Of a stretch of DNA of 64,000 bases, positions 30,325 to 40,949 are shown in pieces. The notes beneath the pieces are model-generated. The model ran no database searches. It worked only from the letters and a program-made list of their open reading frames with translations, and had not been told where the DNA came from. The DNA is from an uncultured Chloroflexia bacterium. Its GTDB lineage: Bacteria; Chloroflexota; Anaerolineae; Anaerolineales; UBA4823. How positions within the stretch are numbered: position 1 is the stretch's first letter; each line of letters begins with the position of its first letter. The position numbers and the translations under genes were made by a program. The stretch lies in NCBI GenBank assembly GCA_963827155.1, contig CAWGZV010000002.1, forward strand, positions 2,601,062-2,665,061, in the 5' to 3' direction.

Positions 30325-32789
30325 AACCCTGACAGCAGTTCTTTGGCGATGAGTTGAGCCGCTCCTGGATCATCGCGTTCTAATACAATCGCGAGGGCGA
30401 GTGGGTTCGAAGCTGAATTCGGCAGCGCTCCGCCGATTAACCAGGTCAAGGGTGAGTTTTGATTATCTTGAACAACTTTTACTACCTGCCAAAACCCCTC
30501 CCCTTTGAGGGCATGGGTTTTCGCAAGCAAATTTGCATCTTCAGTCGGTACGGCTGCCAGTGATTTGTCTTCTGCCGGTAGAGGAGTCCAGCCATTTTCC
30601 GAGTCATCTACTGCCATTACCATGCGTGGGACTGGGCGGACTCCTTCAGCAGTCACCGTGGCAGCAGTTAACGCAAGTTGAAGCGGGCTGTAAGTCTGTA
30701 TACCAGTACCATCCGGTGATTTGAAGCTGATGTCTCCGGTTTGGAGCCCGATGACAGTACCTAAAGATTTCCCCGCAGCAAGAATACCTGCTGGGAATTC
30801 ATCTACCAACGAACCTATTGGGTATCGCCCCATGACTGCCCGATTTAACAGGGGTGCTTCAGGATCATCAATCAGCTCTTCCCAATCGCTGACCAGTTCA
30901 TTCGCATCAAAACCAGGCTGCGAAGCCATGGCAAGGATTTCGCCCGTCCTTGCATCTATAAGAACCAGTGCGCCGCGCTTACCTTCCAACAGCTGGTCTG
31001 CCTTTTGCTGAAGGTTGAGATCGATTGACAAGCGGATGTCTCTTCCAGGAGGTGGCTGACCGTAGACGAGCTCGTTCCAGATTACTTCGGATAATGGATT
31101 TCCCTCAAGCCCGCGCAGGAATGGATCCTGAGATTCCTCCAGCCCAGATTGACCATAGGTTGAACTGGTATAACCTACAACATTGCTCAGCGCAGGATAA
31201 TTGATTCTCCGAGAATAAGCCCCAGGTTCACCCGTCGTTTCGCTGATAGGGCGAGCACTCCGGTCCAGAACCGCGCCTCTGCGGACAAAACGATCTCCAA
31301 CAGCTCTGCGAGGATTATCGGTTCGCACCAGAAGCCCAGGCGCTCGATAGATCGCCCACCAACCGGCAGCCAGAGCGGTCACGACAAAACCCACCCCTAA
31401 CACCAACCCCAGGTGGAGATAAGGTTGTGGATTTATCGGTTTCTGGGTTTGGGATTCGGATGGTTTGCTCATGATCATCAGAAGCATCAACCCCAGCATC
31501 GATATCAGCAGTGAAGAACCACCATATGAAACAAATGGTAGGGTGATCCCCGTCAGCGGGAGCAAACGGAGTGCTCCCCCCATTATCAGAAGACTTTGGG
31601 CACCAAGGTATGCGGAAATACCTGCCGCCAGATAACGCAGATATGGTTCAGGGCGTCTTACTGCAATTACCAATCCCCTGGAGACCATCAGTACAATGAT
31701 CAGGATCAGTCCAAGGGCTCCGACCAAACCTGTTTGTTCGATTACTGCGGCAAAAATCAAATCCGAATGGGAGACAGGTACCAACTCCGGACTCCCCAAT
31801 CCTGGACCACGACCAATGACGCCTCCATTCGCTACGGATAAGAGAGACTGGACGATTTGATAAGATTGTCCGCTTGGATCCTCCCACGGATTAAGCCAGG
31901 CTTCAACTCTTACACTTACCACATCAAACAGCAGATAGCCCAGGATTCCTGCACAGATCAGGCTTAACGCAGCAAGCAATAAGACAATACGGCGCTGTGA
32001 AGTGACGTAGACCATTGCTGCATAGAGGAATAGAAAGATTGCGGCAGCCCCTAAATCTCGTTGGATAGCGAGGACAGCGACCGCCAAACCTATCATCAAG
32101 ACAGAGGGGGCTATCAGCGGCACAAAAGGCACTACCCATCCTCCAAGAGGTGATCGAACTTCGGGCTGCTTATTTGACACGGGTTGCGACTGATGAGCCA
32201 GAGCCAACAATGTTTGACGATCAGCCATGTATGCAGCCAGAAAAGCGATCATCAAGAGCTTGAGGGGTTCGGATGGTTGAAGGTATATTCCACAGCAGCC
32301 AAGCCACATGCGGGGACCATAACCCAGTGGATTGACCCCGAAACCAAATGTCATCGCAGTGAGAATTAATCCCCCTGTCAGCCAAAGATACTTGTACCTG
32401 CGCAAAAACCGCAGATCAGGTGGGAGCCGGAAACCCAGTACTAACAATACCCCAGTGAGGGTCAGCCAGATCATTTGCCGAAATCCAAAAATCGGCATAA
32501 GGCTCCAAATCGTCAACATCCCCCATCCACTGAGTAAGGCTGCCGCTGGCAGCAAGTAAGGATCTCTTCCAGGCAGAAGACGGACGGATTGAAAATGAGC
32601 CAAACCAAAAATAATGCCCCAAACTGCCACTCCAAGCCAATGATCGAATCGGAAAGGTCCGGCGGACGAATGCCCTCTAACCGCAGGAGAAACGGTCAAG
32701 GCGGCTGCATAAATAACCAAAAATAACCCCCCAAGGACTAACAGGCGGGATTGAATTTGATCATTTCGGGTGGAGGAGGGATTTTCCAA
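30321..32789 (-). CDS. SEDS glycosyltransferase (RodA/FtsW) fused to a degenerate class-B PBP domain
   Basis: QPSEPLK, QRDLG, SHSDLIF, LPFVSYGGSS; then RGAVLDR, GALVLIDARTGEILAMAS, LLNRA, YPIGSLVD. Confidence 0.88.
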   Translation of the reverse strand: MENPSSTRNDQIQSRLLVLGGLFLVIYAAALTVSPAVRGHSSAGPFRFDHWLGVAVWGIIFGLAHFQSVRLLPGRDPYLLPAAALLSGWGMLTIWSLMPIFGFRQMIWLTLTGVLLVLGFRLPPDLRFLRRYKYLWLTGGLILTAMTFGFGVNPLGYGPRMWLGCCGIYLQPSEPLKLLMIAFLAAYMADRQTLLALAHQSQPVSNKQPEVRSPLGGWVVPFVPLIAPSVLMIGLAVAVLAIQRDLGAAAIFLFLYAAMVYVTSQRRIVLLLAALSLICAGILGYLLFDVVSVRVEAWLNPWEDPSGQSYQIVQSLLSVANGGVIGRGPGLGSPELVPVSHSDLIFAAVIEQTGLVGALGLILIIVLMVSRGLVIAVRRPEPYLRYLAAGISAYLGAQSLLIMGGALRLLPLTGITLPFVSYGGSSLLISMLGLMLLMIMSKPSESQTQKPINPQPYLHLGLVLGVGFVVTALAAGWWAIYRAPGLLVRTDNPRRAVGDRFVRRGAVLDRSARPISETTGEPGAYSRRINYPALSNVVGYTSSTYGQSGLEESQDPFLRGLEGNPLSEVIWNELVYGQPPPGRDIRLSIDLNLQQKADQLLEGKRGALVLIDARTGEILAMASQPGFDANELVSDWEELIDDPEAPLLNRAVMGRYPIGSLVDEFPAGILAAGKSLGTVIGLQTGDISFKSPDGTGIQTYSPLQLALTAATVTAEGVRPVPRMVMAVDDSENGWTPLPAEDKSLAAVPTEDANLLAKTHALKGEGFWQVVKVVQDNQNSPLTWLIGGALPNSASNPLALAIVLERDDPGAAQLIAKELLSGF

Positions 32790-32856
32790 TTTGGATGAGC
32801 CGCGATCTAACCACGAGAAGGGTAATCTTGAGAAGCTCGTGGGCCTTAGCTGCTTC

Positions 32857-33723
32857 TTATGATAAGTATTTCCCCACCAGAAGGCTGAGCTTTTGGACTG
32901 TCTCCGAAGGGACGCGTTCTTTGGCTGTGATCAATGCACCAGCCAAGGCTTGATTACAGCTGCAATCTCGCTCGTCCTTCCAATTGCTGGCGAGATTCTT
33001 GACTGCCTGGCGTGCAATCTGGGTATTGCGACTAAGAACCTCCACGACGCGTTCGACCGACACAGGGTCTTCAGTGATGTGCCAGACATCATAATCGGTC
33101 ACGTGAGCCATAACTGCGTAGCAAAGCTCCGCCTCCCGAGCCAGAAAAACCTCAGGAGATGTTGTCATACCTATCAACGACATCCCCCAAGATCGAAAGA
33201 TGTTAGACTCAGCTTTAGTGGAGAACCGCGGACCTTCGATCGTGATAAGACCGCCACCCCAATGAACTTTGCCGCCAGCTGCTTCGGTAGCAGTTGATAA
33301 CATTTTTGAGAGATCGGGACAAAAAGGGTCAGCCGTGGAGATATGCACGACCAGGCCTTCTCCGTAGAAAGACGACGCTCGATTTTTTGTAAAATCGAAG
33401 ACCTGGTCTGGGATCACAATTTCTCCAGGGATATAGTCTTCACGCAGCGACCCGCACGCACTGATGCTCACCACCCTCTCCACTCCGAGCGACTTCAGGG
33501 CAAAAATATTTGCGCGGTAATTTACTTCGCTCGGCATGATATGGTGACCAATCCCATGGCGAGCAAGGAAGGCCACCCGGAGTCCCTCAAGTGAGCCGGT
33601 GATTATTGGAGCGCTCGGGGAGCCAAATGGAGTCTCTGGAAAATTCTCAACAATATCTTCCAGACCGGGCATTTCATACAAGCCAGAACCACCGATTACC
33701 GCGAGCATTGGATTTGGGTACAC
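32857..33723 (-). CDS. mtnP: S-methyl-5'-thioadenosine phosphorylase
   Basis: IGGSG, FLARHG, VNYRANI, IEGPRFSTKAES, IGMT, VTDYD. Confidence 0.94.
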   Translation of the reverse strand: MYPNPMLAVIGGSGLYEMPGLEDIVENFPETPFGSPSAPIITGSLEGLRVAFLARHGIGHHIMPSEVNYRANIFALKSLGVERVVSISACGSLREDYIPGEIVIPDQVFDFTKNRASSFYGEGLVVHISTADPFCPDLSKMLSTATEAAGGKVHWGGGLITIEGPRFSTKAESNIFRSWGMSLIGMTTSPEVFLAREAELCYAVMAHVTDYDVWHITEDPVSVERVVEVLSRNTQIARQAVKNLASNWKDERDCSCNQALAGALITAKERVPSETVQKLSLLVGKYLS

Positions 33724-33781
33724 AATATCCTCCTATTCATTGGCTCACAACAGTTATGAACCCAGATATTAATTTCTTTTA

Positions 33782-34258
33782 CTACAACTCAGTTTGCTCT
33801 TGTGATTCGGATGTTCTATTCAAAGACATATCCGTGAGGTTGTTTCCAATTTTTACGTTCAAATGAACACTGCCGCACCGCACTGCATCTCCATTCGTAA
33901 GCACCATGGCTGTCGTCAGTCGTTCATCATTAAGAAATGTACCGTTTTTGGAATGAAGGTCTTCAGCCCACCACTGTCCATGATGAAAAGACATTCGGGC
34001 GTGTTTGGCAGAAATTGTTTTATCCTTCAGTCTCAAATCGCATCCGGGTTGGCGACCGATTATTACCTCTGTTTGTCGATATCCCCGAGTCTCCATTCGA
34101 TCCTCAATCCATTCCAGGACAATTGGCGGGGCGAGAATCTCGTGTGATTTTTGGGCTTCATAGCGGAGCTGTCTCCAAAGCACCCAGATCGCTAAACCCA
34201 AGAAAATATACAGCGCAGCAGCAAGCAGAATTCGGAGGATCAGGAAGGCTATTTCCAT
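33782..34258 (-). CDS. TM + FHA domain protein (FhaB/FipA-like)
   Basis: N-terminal TM; IGR, SAKHA, DLHSKNGTFLN. Confidence 0.9.
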   Translation of the reverse strand: MEIAFLILRILLAAALYIFLGLAIWVLWRQLRYEAQKSHEILAPPIVLEWIEDRMETRGYRQTEVIIGRQPGCDLRLKDKTISAKHARMSFHHGQWWAEDLHSKNGTFLNDERLTTAMVLTNGDAVRCGSVHLNVKIGNNLTDMSLNRTSESQEQTEL

Positions 34259-34269
34259 TTCATCTCAGA

Positions 34270-35025
34270 TCATTGAACAGTGGAAATTTCCTGAGTTACA
34301 CCAAGTTCTGGGGAATCCTGTCCAAAAACAATGGGGACCCCTGCCAAGGAGATCACGTCCCCAGGGTGGAGAACTTGTTGGAAAACCCGGCTGCCGTTTA
34401 CAAATGTCCCGCCGCGAGAATCGAGGTCAAAAACGACAAACTGTCCTCGAACCAGGCGTATCTGGGCATGTGTGCGAGATACACGCCCATCATCGATCAC
34501 GAGATGATTATCCGGACGCCGCCCGAGATTGATAACAGATCGATCAAGGGGGATAATTTGAGTCCCATTGACGATCAAGAAAACACCGCCTGGTATTTGA
34601 TGAGTATGGGATTCTGGCGCTGCAACATCGCTCGTTTGGGAGATCGATCCAGTATCATCGTAAGGGATAACCAGCATCTCTCCAGGTAAAAGCTGTTCAC
34701 GACTTTCCACCTGTATAAAGCCATACTCAGGGAACTTGATACTCTGTTCGGAGCCAATCGAACGAAAAGCGGTTTCAATCTCAGATAACCAGCGTGAATT
34801 GCGAAATAAATCCAATTCCATTGGACAAACACATAAAATCAGACGCTCAGGCGCGGCTATACTCCCATCACTAGACGTGTGCAGTCCCTCTTCTACAGCA
34901 GTCATCAGCCGGTGGGCAAACATTTCTGAAAGCGGTATCCCGGCGAACAGCCGTTCAGCGGTTCCTTCCACAAACAGCTGCAGCCGAGATTCAATTAATA
35001 TCAATTTTTCTTCTAAGATGTTCAT
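34270..35025 (-). CDS. FhaA-like protein (N-terminal DUF3662-like + FHA)
   Basis: LGRRPDN, VSRTHA, DLDSRGGTFVNG. Confidence 0.88.
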   Translation of the reverse strand: MNILEEKLILIESRLQLFVEGTAERLFAGIPLSEMFAHRLMTAVEEGLHTSSDGSIAAPERLILCVCPMELDLFRNSRWLSEIETAFRSIGSEQSIKFPEYGFIQVESREQLLPGEMLVIPYDDTGSISQTSDVAAPESHTHQIPGGVFLIVNGTQIIPLDRSVINLGRRPDNHLVIDDGRVSRTHAQIRLVRGQFVVFDLDSRGGTFVNGSRVFQQVLHPGDVISLAGVPIVFGQDSPELGVTQEISTVQ

Positions 35026-35187
35026 CGTCAGGGGGAGTATTATAAAAGCAAAAAGAGCGGATGGACAAGAACAGCGAATAAGGGGTTTGTGAATGGGGGA
35101 TTAAGAACTAACAGAGACATTATCGTGTGCCTCTCCAATTCTAACTTCGGAATTTTCGGTTTGAATTACTCGATCATGTTTCTCGGA

Positions 35188-37850
35188 TCAGCAGGTTTCA
35201 AACAACAAGTCTGATAGGAGCTCTGCAACTCGACCAACCTGAGGCTCCCATAACAAGGCATCATGATGACCATCGACCTCAATAACCTCAATACGTTCTC
35301 CTGCGACGGCTCCCCACCCTAATAACGGATCGGGTACCAAGCCAAACGGCTGACGTCTGGCTCGGAATAATACCAATCGGCCTTTAAATCTAGGAGGAGT
35401 CAAGGCATACCGGTTGGCGATCTTATTGGCCTTACGGACTCGCTTAAGATCATCAGGAAGCGGGTTGCGGATTAGTTGGTAGCTGTTGGAGATCCGCACA
35501 CTCAGCCTGCGGCCCATACTCGGGATCCGAAGGGATAAATATTCGCCTGCACCACGCAAGTTTAACGATTTGATATTAACTAGATGCCGCTGCAATTTTT
35601 GAATCTTGCGGATCAGATATATTTTGCCTCGCTTCATTCCTGGCAAACGTTTTGGGTAGTTCGGGCCATAAGTATCAAACATCACCACAAGCGCAGTATT
35701 TTCTCCCATATCTGCAAGCTGTTGGGCGATCTCATATGCCACTTTTCCCCCAAACGACGAGCCGCATAAGGTATAAGGTCCATGAGGTTGAATTTTCAAG
35801 ATAGACGCGAGATGAAAACCCGCGATCTCAACGACATTCGTCAGCGGCTCTTCTTGACCGCCAATCCCTTTTGATTGCAGGGCATAAAGGGGCTGATTAC
35901 TCCCCAAATGTTTCGATAGATCGTGATAATTTAACACATTCCCACCCACACCTGGCAAGCAGAAAAGGGGCGGGAATTTCCCATGCGGTTGAACAGCGAC
36001 CAGCGGCGACCAATCTGCCACCCATTGTTCATCCTGGAGAAGCTCAGACTGTTGAGCTACGGTCGCAGCATTGAAAATTATGGAGAGCGGCAGTTTTTTC
36101 CCAAGCATCCGCTCTATCTCAACAAATATGCGCATTGCCTGGAGTGAATCGCCTCCGATCGCGAAAAAATCGTCATAGATCCCGATCGGATGGCAGCCAA
36201 TCACCCTTTCCCAGATTTTTATCAGCCTAGCTTCAAGATCATTGGTCGGCTTCGCATATTTTTCATCACGAGCGATCGCTGCCTGGGAGGGCGCTGGCAG
36301 CGCGGTTCGATCAATTTTTCCATTCGGGTTTCGAGGGAGCTCATTAAGGAATACGTATTGTGTCGGCAGCATATGTGCTGGCAGAAGGAGGGATAACTCT
36401 CTACGCAGATCGCTTATGCTCCGGGAGTTTCCCGGATTCATACAGAGGTAAGCAGTCAATCGCATGTTGCTGCCTGAAATCAGTTTGCCCGGCAATTACA
36501 GCCGCTTCGCGAACACCGTTAATATGAAGCAGCGATGATTTAACCAGCGGAAGCTCAACTCGATACCCGCTGATCTTTACCATTTCATCTTTTCTACCAC
36601 GATACTCCAAAAGGCCATCCTGGCGCAGCACGCCCATATCGCCGGTATAAATCAGACGGTCCAAACCACCTTGTGGGTCAGGCTTGAATTTCTCGTTCTC
36701 AATTTTGGCTTCACCCCAATATCCACTCGCCACGCTGCGCCCTTTGACCACAATTTCGCCAATTTCACCAGGCGGTAATCCTTGGCCGTTTTCATCGACG
36801 ATCAACACCTGTTTGTCGATTGTCGGATATCCGATTGGCAGATAATCATCATCCAATATTGTGTCTTGGGTTATGAAATAGGCTGATGATGAACCAGCTT
36901 CACTTGAAGCAAGATGATGCTTTATCAGACAATCTGGCGAGATGTGAGATCGAAACATCTTTAAAGCACCAATATTTACCCTTTGTCCAGCCAAGGTAAC
37001 CAACCGCAAGTCACGTAAAAAATCGTCAGGCTGGAGAATCTCGACAAATTGATGAAACAACGAGACCGGTGGGGAAAATATGTTGATGCGGTTCTCGTTA
37101 AGCCAATCATAAAGGCGCCCGATTCCCCATTCTTTAACCGGGTAAAAGTAAATGGCTGCGCCCGAAAGCAAAGCGCTGAAAATCGTGGAGAGGGCTGCCG
37201 AGAAAGCGAATGATGACAGGTGTGCCTGACGGCTGCCTGGTCCAAATCCATATGGGCGGTACTGCAAGGCGCCGTGTTTTTTAATAATCCCCTTCGGATT
37301 CCCCGTGGAGCCTGAAGTGTAATAGAGCGCTGCAATCGTGTCTGCAGTGATGGGTATGTCAGGGTCCGAGTCCGAAACGCCTGGATCGAGTTCATCAATA
37401 TTAATCACAACAGATTTATCTGGGCAGATACTATTCGCTAGCTCGAGGCTCGATGTATCGGTGAGAATTTTTCGCAGACCCGCATCTTTAATAATCAGAT
37501 TCGAGGTTGGCGGGTGGGTAATCCCGGTCCAGCGGGACAGCAATTTTGCCGGCTTTGACAACTGCATAGATTGCAAAGATTGAATTCGGGGTGTGGCCAA
37601 ATATCAGGCCTATGGTCTCCTGCTCCGAACCAGGAACCAGAAGGTACCGGTTCGCAATCCGATTAGTGAGTCGGTCAAATTCCTGGAAAGTGAACTCCTG
37701 GTCACCGTGATTTATTGCTATTTGGTCTGGATTTTGCTTGACACGAACACACAATCGATCTGGGATCGATTGGGCGGGATCGAGCTGCTTGAAATTCTCG
37801 ACTTCACTGACCAGATTCCCGCGGTAAATCGGATGAATCTCAACTTTCAT
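35188..37850 (-). CDS. Monomodular NRPS-like A-T-TE enzyme (~885 aa repaired); frameshifts ~37502 and ~36478
   Basis: Three ORF pieces join by single-base removals. YTSGSTGNPKG, YTGDMG, GRKDEMVKISGYRVE, PNGKIDR, T FFAIGGDSL, TE PLFCLPG...GSSFGG...GHH. Confidence 0.85.
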
Positions 37851-37903
37851 GTCATGGCGTCCAACGACAAATTGGATTAAGAGGATTTTTCACTTGATAG
37901 AGG

Positions 37904-38908
37904 CTATTTCGCTTGTGATAGTGCATATTCGGCAAAAGATGGATTCCAAACTTCCTCGATCTGCGCAGCACTTTCCAGTAAACCGTTTTGGATCGCCCAT
38001 TCCTGGAAATCGAGCACGCTTTGAGTATTGATCAGAAGGTCTTGGCGAAATGTCGGCCAGCAGATTTGACCAAGCATCGTTTTATCTAAACCGGTGAAGG
38101 TTTCCATGAGCTGAATGTTTCGTTCCGTTTTTCCTTCGTTGTACTGTCGGACTGCTTTTAGATAAGCAACCATGAAGCGCCTCCCGGCATCCTGGTTTTT
38201 CTCCAGTAGCGTGGGGCCATAGATTAGATAGGCAAACTGGAAATCGGGGATCAAGTCTTTGAAGTCTTTCCAAAGCACTGAATTACCGGTATTCAGGTTG
38301 CGTGTGATCCAAGGCTCTGATTCGGCTGCGACATCAACCGCTCCAGTCGAGAATGCATCGAGGAGTATCGGAGGCGAGTTGAAATCAACCTGCTCAACAT
38401 CTGCCAGAGAAAAGTCAGCAGCATGCAGAAGTGTATCCAGAAAATAAGCCTGAACCGAGGCCTTATCATATTTAACCTTTCGCCCCACAAGGTCTTCAAC
38501 ATCATTCAATTCACCGCTTTCAACCAGAGAGCTGCGAGCCAGGAGACCGTTCACAACGCATCCCTCAGGCGCGATATACCCTTTATCGGCAACAACTTTG
38601 ACGGTCTCGCCTTTCTGGACTGCACTTAAGATCGTACTGGAAAGGAAGCTGGCGGCAACATCAATCTCGCCCTGGATCAACGAGACGAAAGCAGCGCCGC
38701 CCTGCAGCTGCAGGAACTCAACATTCAACCCCTGTTCTTGAAAGTAACCTTCTTCCTGTGCGAAATATAACGGCGCATTTGACATATAAGGAATCAGCTG
38801 GACTTTTAAAGTCACCGGTTCTTGAGTAGCTTTACCAGGTAAAGAGCCACACGCCGAGAGGACGGAAATAAAAAAACAAAAAAATATTGTCTTCATGACA
38901 TTCTCCAC
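37904..38908 (-). CDS. NitT/TauT (SsuA/THI5)-type ABC substrate-binding lipoprotein, orphan
   Basis: Lipobox LSAC; APLYFAQEEGYFQEQGLNVE; GEIDVA; RRFMVAY. Confidence 0.88.
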   Translation of the reverse strand: MENVMKTIFFCFFISVLSACGSLPGKATQEPVTLKVQLIPYMSNAPLYFAQEEGYFQEQGLNVEFLQLQGGAAFVSLIQGEIDVAASFLSSTILSAVQKGETVKVVADKGYIAPEGCVVNGLLARSSLVESGELNDVEDLVGRKVKYDKASVQAYFLDTLLHAADFSLADVEQVDFNSPPILLDAFSTGAVDVAAESEPWITRNLNTGNSVLWKDFKDLIPDFQFAYLIYGPTLLEKNQDAGRRFMVAYLKAVRQYNEGKTERNIQLMETFTGLDKTMLGQICWPTFRQDLLINTQSVLDFQEWAIQNGLLESAAQIEEVWNPSFAEYALSQAK

Positions 38909-39020
38909 AGGTTAAATCCTTGTGAGTATAATCCAACCATAGATTTTAGCAACTTTTTTCCACGAATGGTGTTTCTCATTGATGACTAATCCAAATTAAG
39001 CAGAAATATTGGAGGAAAAA

Positions 39021-39656
39021 ATGACTTTCGAGCTATTTTGTATGACTTTGATCGCGCTTTTTGTCGGGATGGCAATTTGTTTCAATGGCTACCGCTGGTT
39101 CCTAATCCTGCTTCCAATCCTCGGTTTCTTTTTTGGATTTGGGATTGGCGCACAAACCGTTCAGGCACTATTCGGCGGTGGATTCTTAAGCACCGTCACA
39201 AGCTGGGTGGTTGGATTTGTTGTAGCACTAATATTCGCAGCTCTATCCTACTTCTTCTATTTGATCGGCGTAGCTCTGGCAGGGGGATCGCTGGGTTATG
39301 CACTGGGTGTAGGACTGATGGGTTTGTTAGGTCTCGACTTTGGCTTGATCACCTGGCTCGTTGGGATTGCACTGGGTGTGATTTTCGCGGTTGGAACCAT
39401 TGTCTTGAATATTCAAAAGTATGTAATCGTCGCATTTACATCTATCACCGGCGCAACCGTGATCGTGGCAGCCTTTCTGGTAGTGCTGGGGAAGATAAAT
39501 CCCGCACATTTAAGTACAAATGTCGTTCGCGCCGCTATGCAAGACTCTCCATTCTGGTTGATCATCTTTATCGTCCTGGCAGTTCTCGGGGTTGCAGCCC
39601 AGCTTTACTACAATCGCTCCTATGAATTAACCCCTCCAGAGCGAGAGATGGTCTAA
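39021..39656 (+). CDS. Gly-rich multi-TM protein (DUF4203/TM7S3-like)
   Basis: GGAGG RBS; ICFNGYRWF; about 7 TMs. Confidence 0.75.
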   Translation: MTFELFCMTLIALFVGMAICFNGYRWFLILLPILGFFFGFGIGAQTVQALFGGGFLSTVTSWVVGFVVALIFAALSYFFYLIGVALAGGSLGYALGVGLMGLLGLDFGLITWLVGIALGVIFAVGTIVLNIQKYVIVAFTSITGATVIVAAFLVVLGKINPAHLSTNVVRAAMQDSPFWLIIFIVLAVLGVAAQLYYNRSYELTPPEREMV

Positions 39657-39697
39657 ATCGGAAAATCGAGTTAGGGTATTTATACACAAATTAAGGC

Positions 39698-39742
39698 AAA
39701 TGCGGCCTGTGTATGGATTCCAATCCATCAGGCCGCATTTTT
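39698..39742 (+). terminator. Long hairpin terminator
   Basis: AAATGCGGCCTG...CAGGCCGCATTT followed by T's. Confidence 0.7.
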
Positions 39743-39765
39743 GGGTTTGGATTCACGCTTTTTGC

Positions 39766-39794
39766 TTGACAATCACCTCTGGTGCGGTTATAAA
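39766..39794 (+). promoter_or_regulatory. sigma70-type promoter of tRNA-Gly
   Basis: TTGACA (39766), 17 nt, TATAAA (39789). Confidence 0.75.
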
Positions 39795-39866
39795 TATGGA
39801 CTGTCTCTAGGAGGTGTTTGCGAAAAGCACTTAACTTAGGACTACAGTTCAAATTAGATCGCTGAT

Positions 39867-39938
39867 GCGGGTGTAGCCAAGTGGTAAGGCAGTAGCTTCC
39901 CAAGCTACCATTCGTGGGTTCGAGTCCCATCACCCGCT
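39867..39938 (+). tRNA. tRNA-Gly (CCC); CCA not encoded
   Basis: Acceptor GCGGGTG/CACCCGC, anticodon arm GTAGC-TTCCCAA-GCTAC, T-loop GTTCGAG. Confidence 0.97.
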
Positions 39939-39966
39939 CTTTCCATAATATTCCTTACAATTATCC

Positions 39967-40791
39967 TTATTCACACTGTTCTTGAAACGCATCTAATTCG
40001 CGATTTTTAAGGATCAGGCTTATTCCCAGCCTTTTCGCGTCAGCGCAGTATTCCTCGATTGTATCAATTTCATCGGTGTACTCGATTGCGAGGACAGGCT
40101 TACCCTCTTTAAGGAAGGGCTCGAACTCCTCACACCAGCCTTCAGCAAAGCAGCTTTCAACTATCGCGAAATCAAAATGGGGACTTAATTCATCTGCCTG
40201 CTCCGGGTCGTTCTTAAGACCCGGCGACAACCCGTGTTTTCTGGCTTGGTCCGCAAGCCAGGTGTTAAAAGCGATTTGATCTTCAGGTGTAATAGGAAAA
40301 CCTGTCGAATTAGCATACCCATCCAGATTATCAAACTCAACACCGTCGAAACCTTTTTGCTGGCAGAGATCAAGCCTGGCTTGCAAGATTGGCGCCAATT
40401 CTGCGATCTGCCGAATATCCAGCCAGCGTTCGCCTTTCCATCCGGCGTAATTCTTTCCAAGCAGCTTTTCTGGATATTGATCTTTATCTGGACGCCAATC
40501 CTCCCACGCCCCGGCGTTAACGTAGCAGATCATCCTGCTCCCTTTGGCGTGCAGCCGGCTGACAAGTTCTGCATCGGTATCAAATGCATCTAAATCAATC
40601 AATTCCCCGGTGATACTTTCATCTACCTCCCCACTAAACTGGATCTGCCAGGAAAGAATGCCTGCAGGATTCCAGTCAGGGCTGGCATGATTCAACAGCG
40701 GAGGTGATGGGGTAGCTTCCGTGATCGAGAGGATCTGGCAGGCTGGGAGCAACAGCGCCAGAAAACCAGCGCACTTTAGAAATATTCGCAT
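39967..40791 (-). CDS. Endo-alpha-1,4-polygalactosaminidase (GH114-like), probable lipoprotein
   Basis: WQIQF, ICYVNAGAWEDWRPD, GFDGVEFDNLDGY, GLKND, FAIVESC. Confidence 0.88.
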   Translation of the reverse strand: MRIFLKCAGFLALLLPACQILSITEATPSPPLLNHASPDWNPAGILSWQIQFSGEVDESITGELIDLDAFDTDAELVSRLHAKGSRMICYVNAGAWEDWRPDKDQYPEKLLGKNYAGWKGERWLDIRQIAELAPILQARLDLCQQKGFDGVEFDNLDGYANSTGFPITPEDQIAFNTWLADQARKHGLSPGLKNDPEQADELSPHFDFAIVESCFAEGWCEEFEPFLKEGKPVLAIEYTDEIDTIEEYCADAKRLGISLILKNRELDAFQEQCE

Positions 40792-40949
40792 CGGATAATC
40801 CCTGATTTATCTCATTGAATAAATGATCATAACTCATTATTCCATCAAATCTATTCACTCCGAAACAAGTTCTACGCAGAATTCAGCCGAGTTCATGCAA
40901 ACATTTTTGTAAATTCCCATTTAAATAAAAATGTTAGAATTAATATATT

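Noticed and set aside
33937-34689. 250-aa plus-strand ORF
   Set aside because: Antisense to two well-supported FHA genes.
39038-39625. 195-aa alternative-frame ORF
   Set aside because: Same-strand shadow of a coherent multi-TM gene that has a good RBS.
39766-39794. Resemblance of the tRNA-Gly promoter spacer (CACCTCTGGTGCGGTTA) to lambda PR/OR1
   Set aside because: Gapped short match, no phage genes nearby; best explained as chance.
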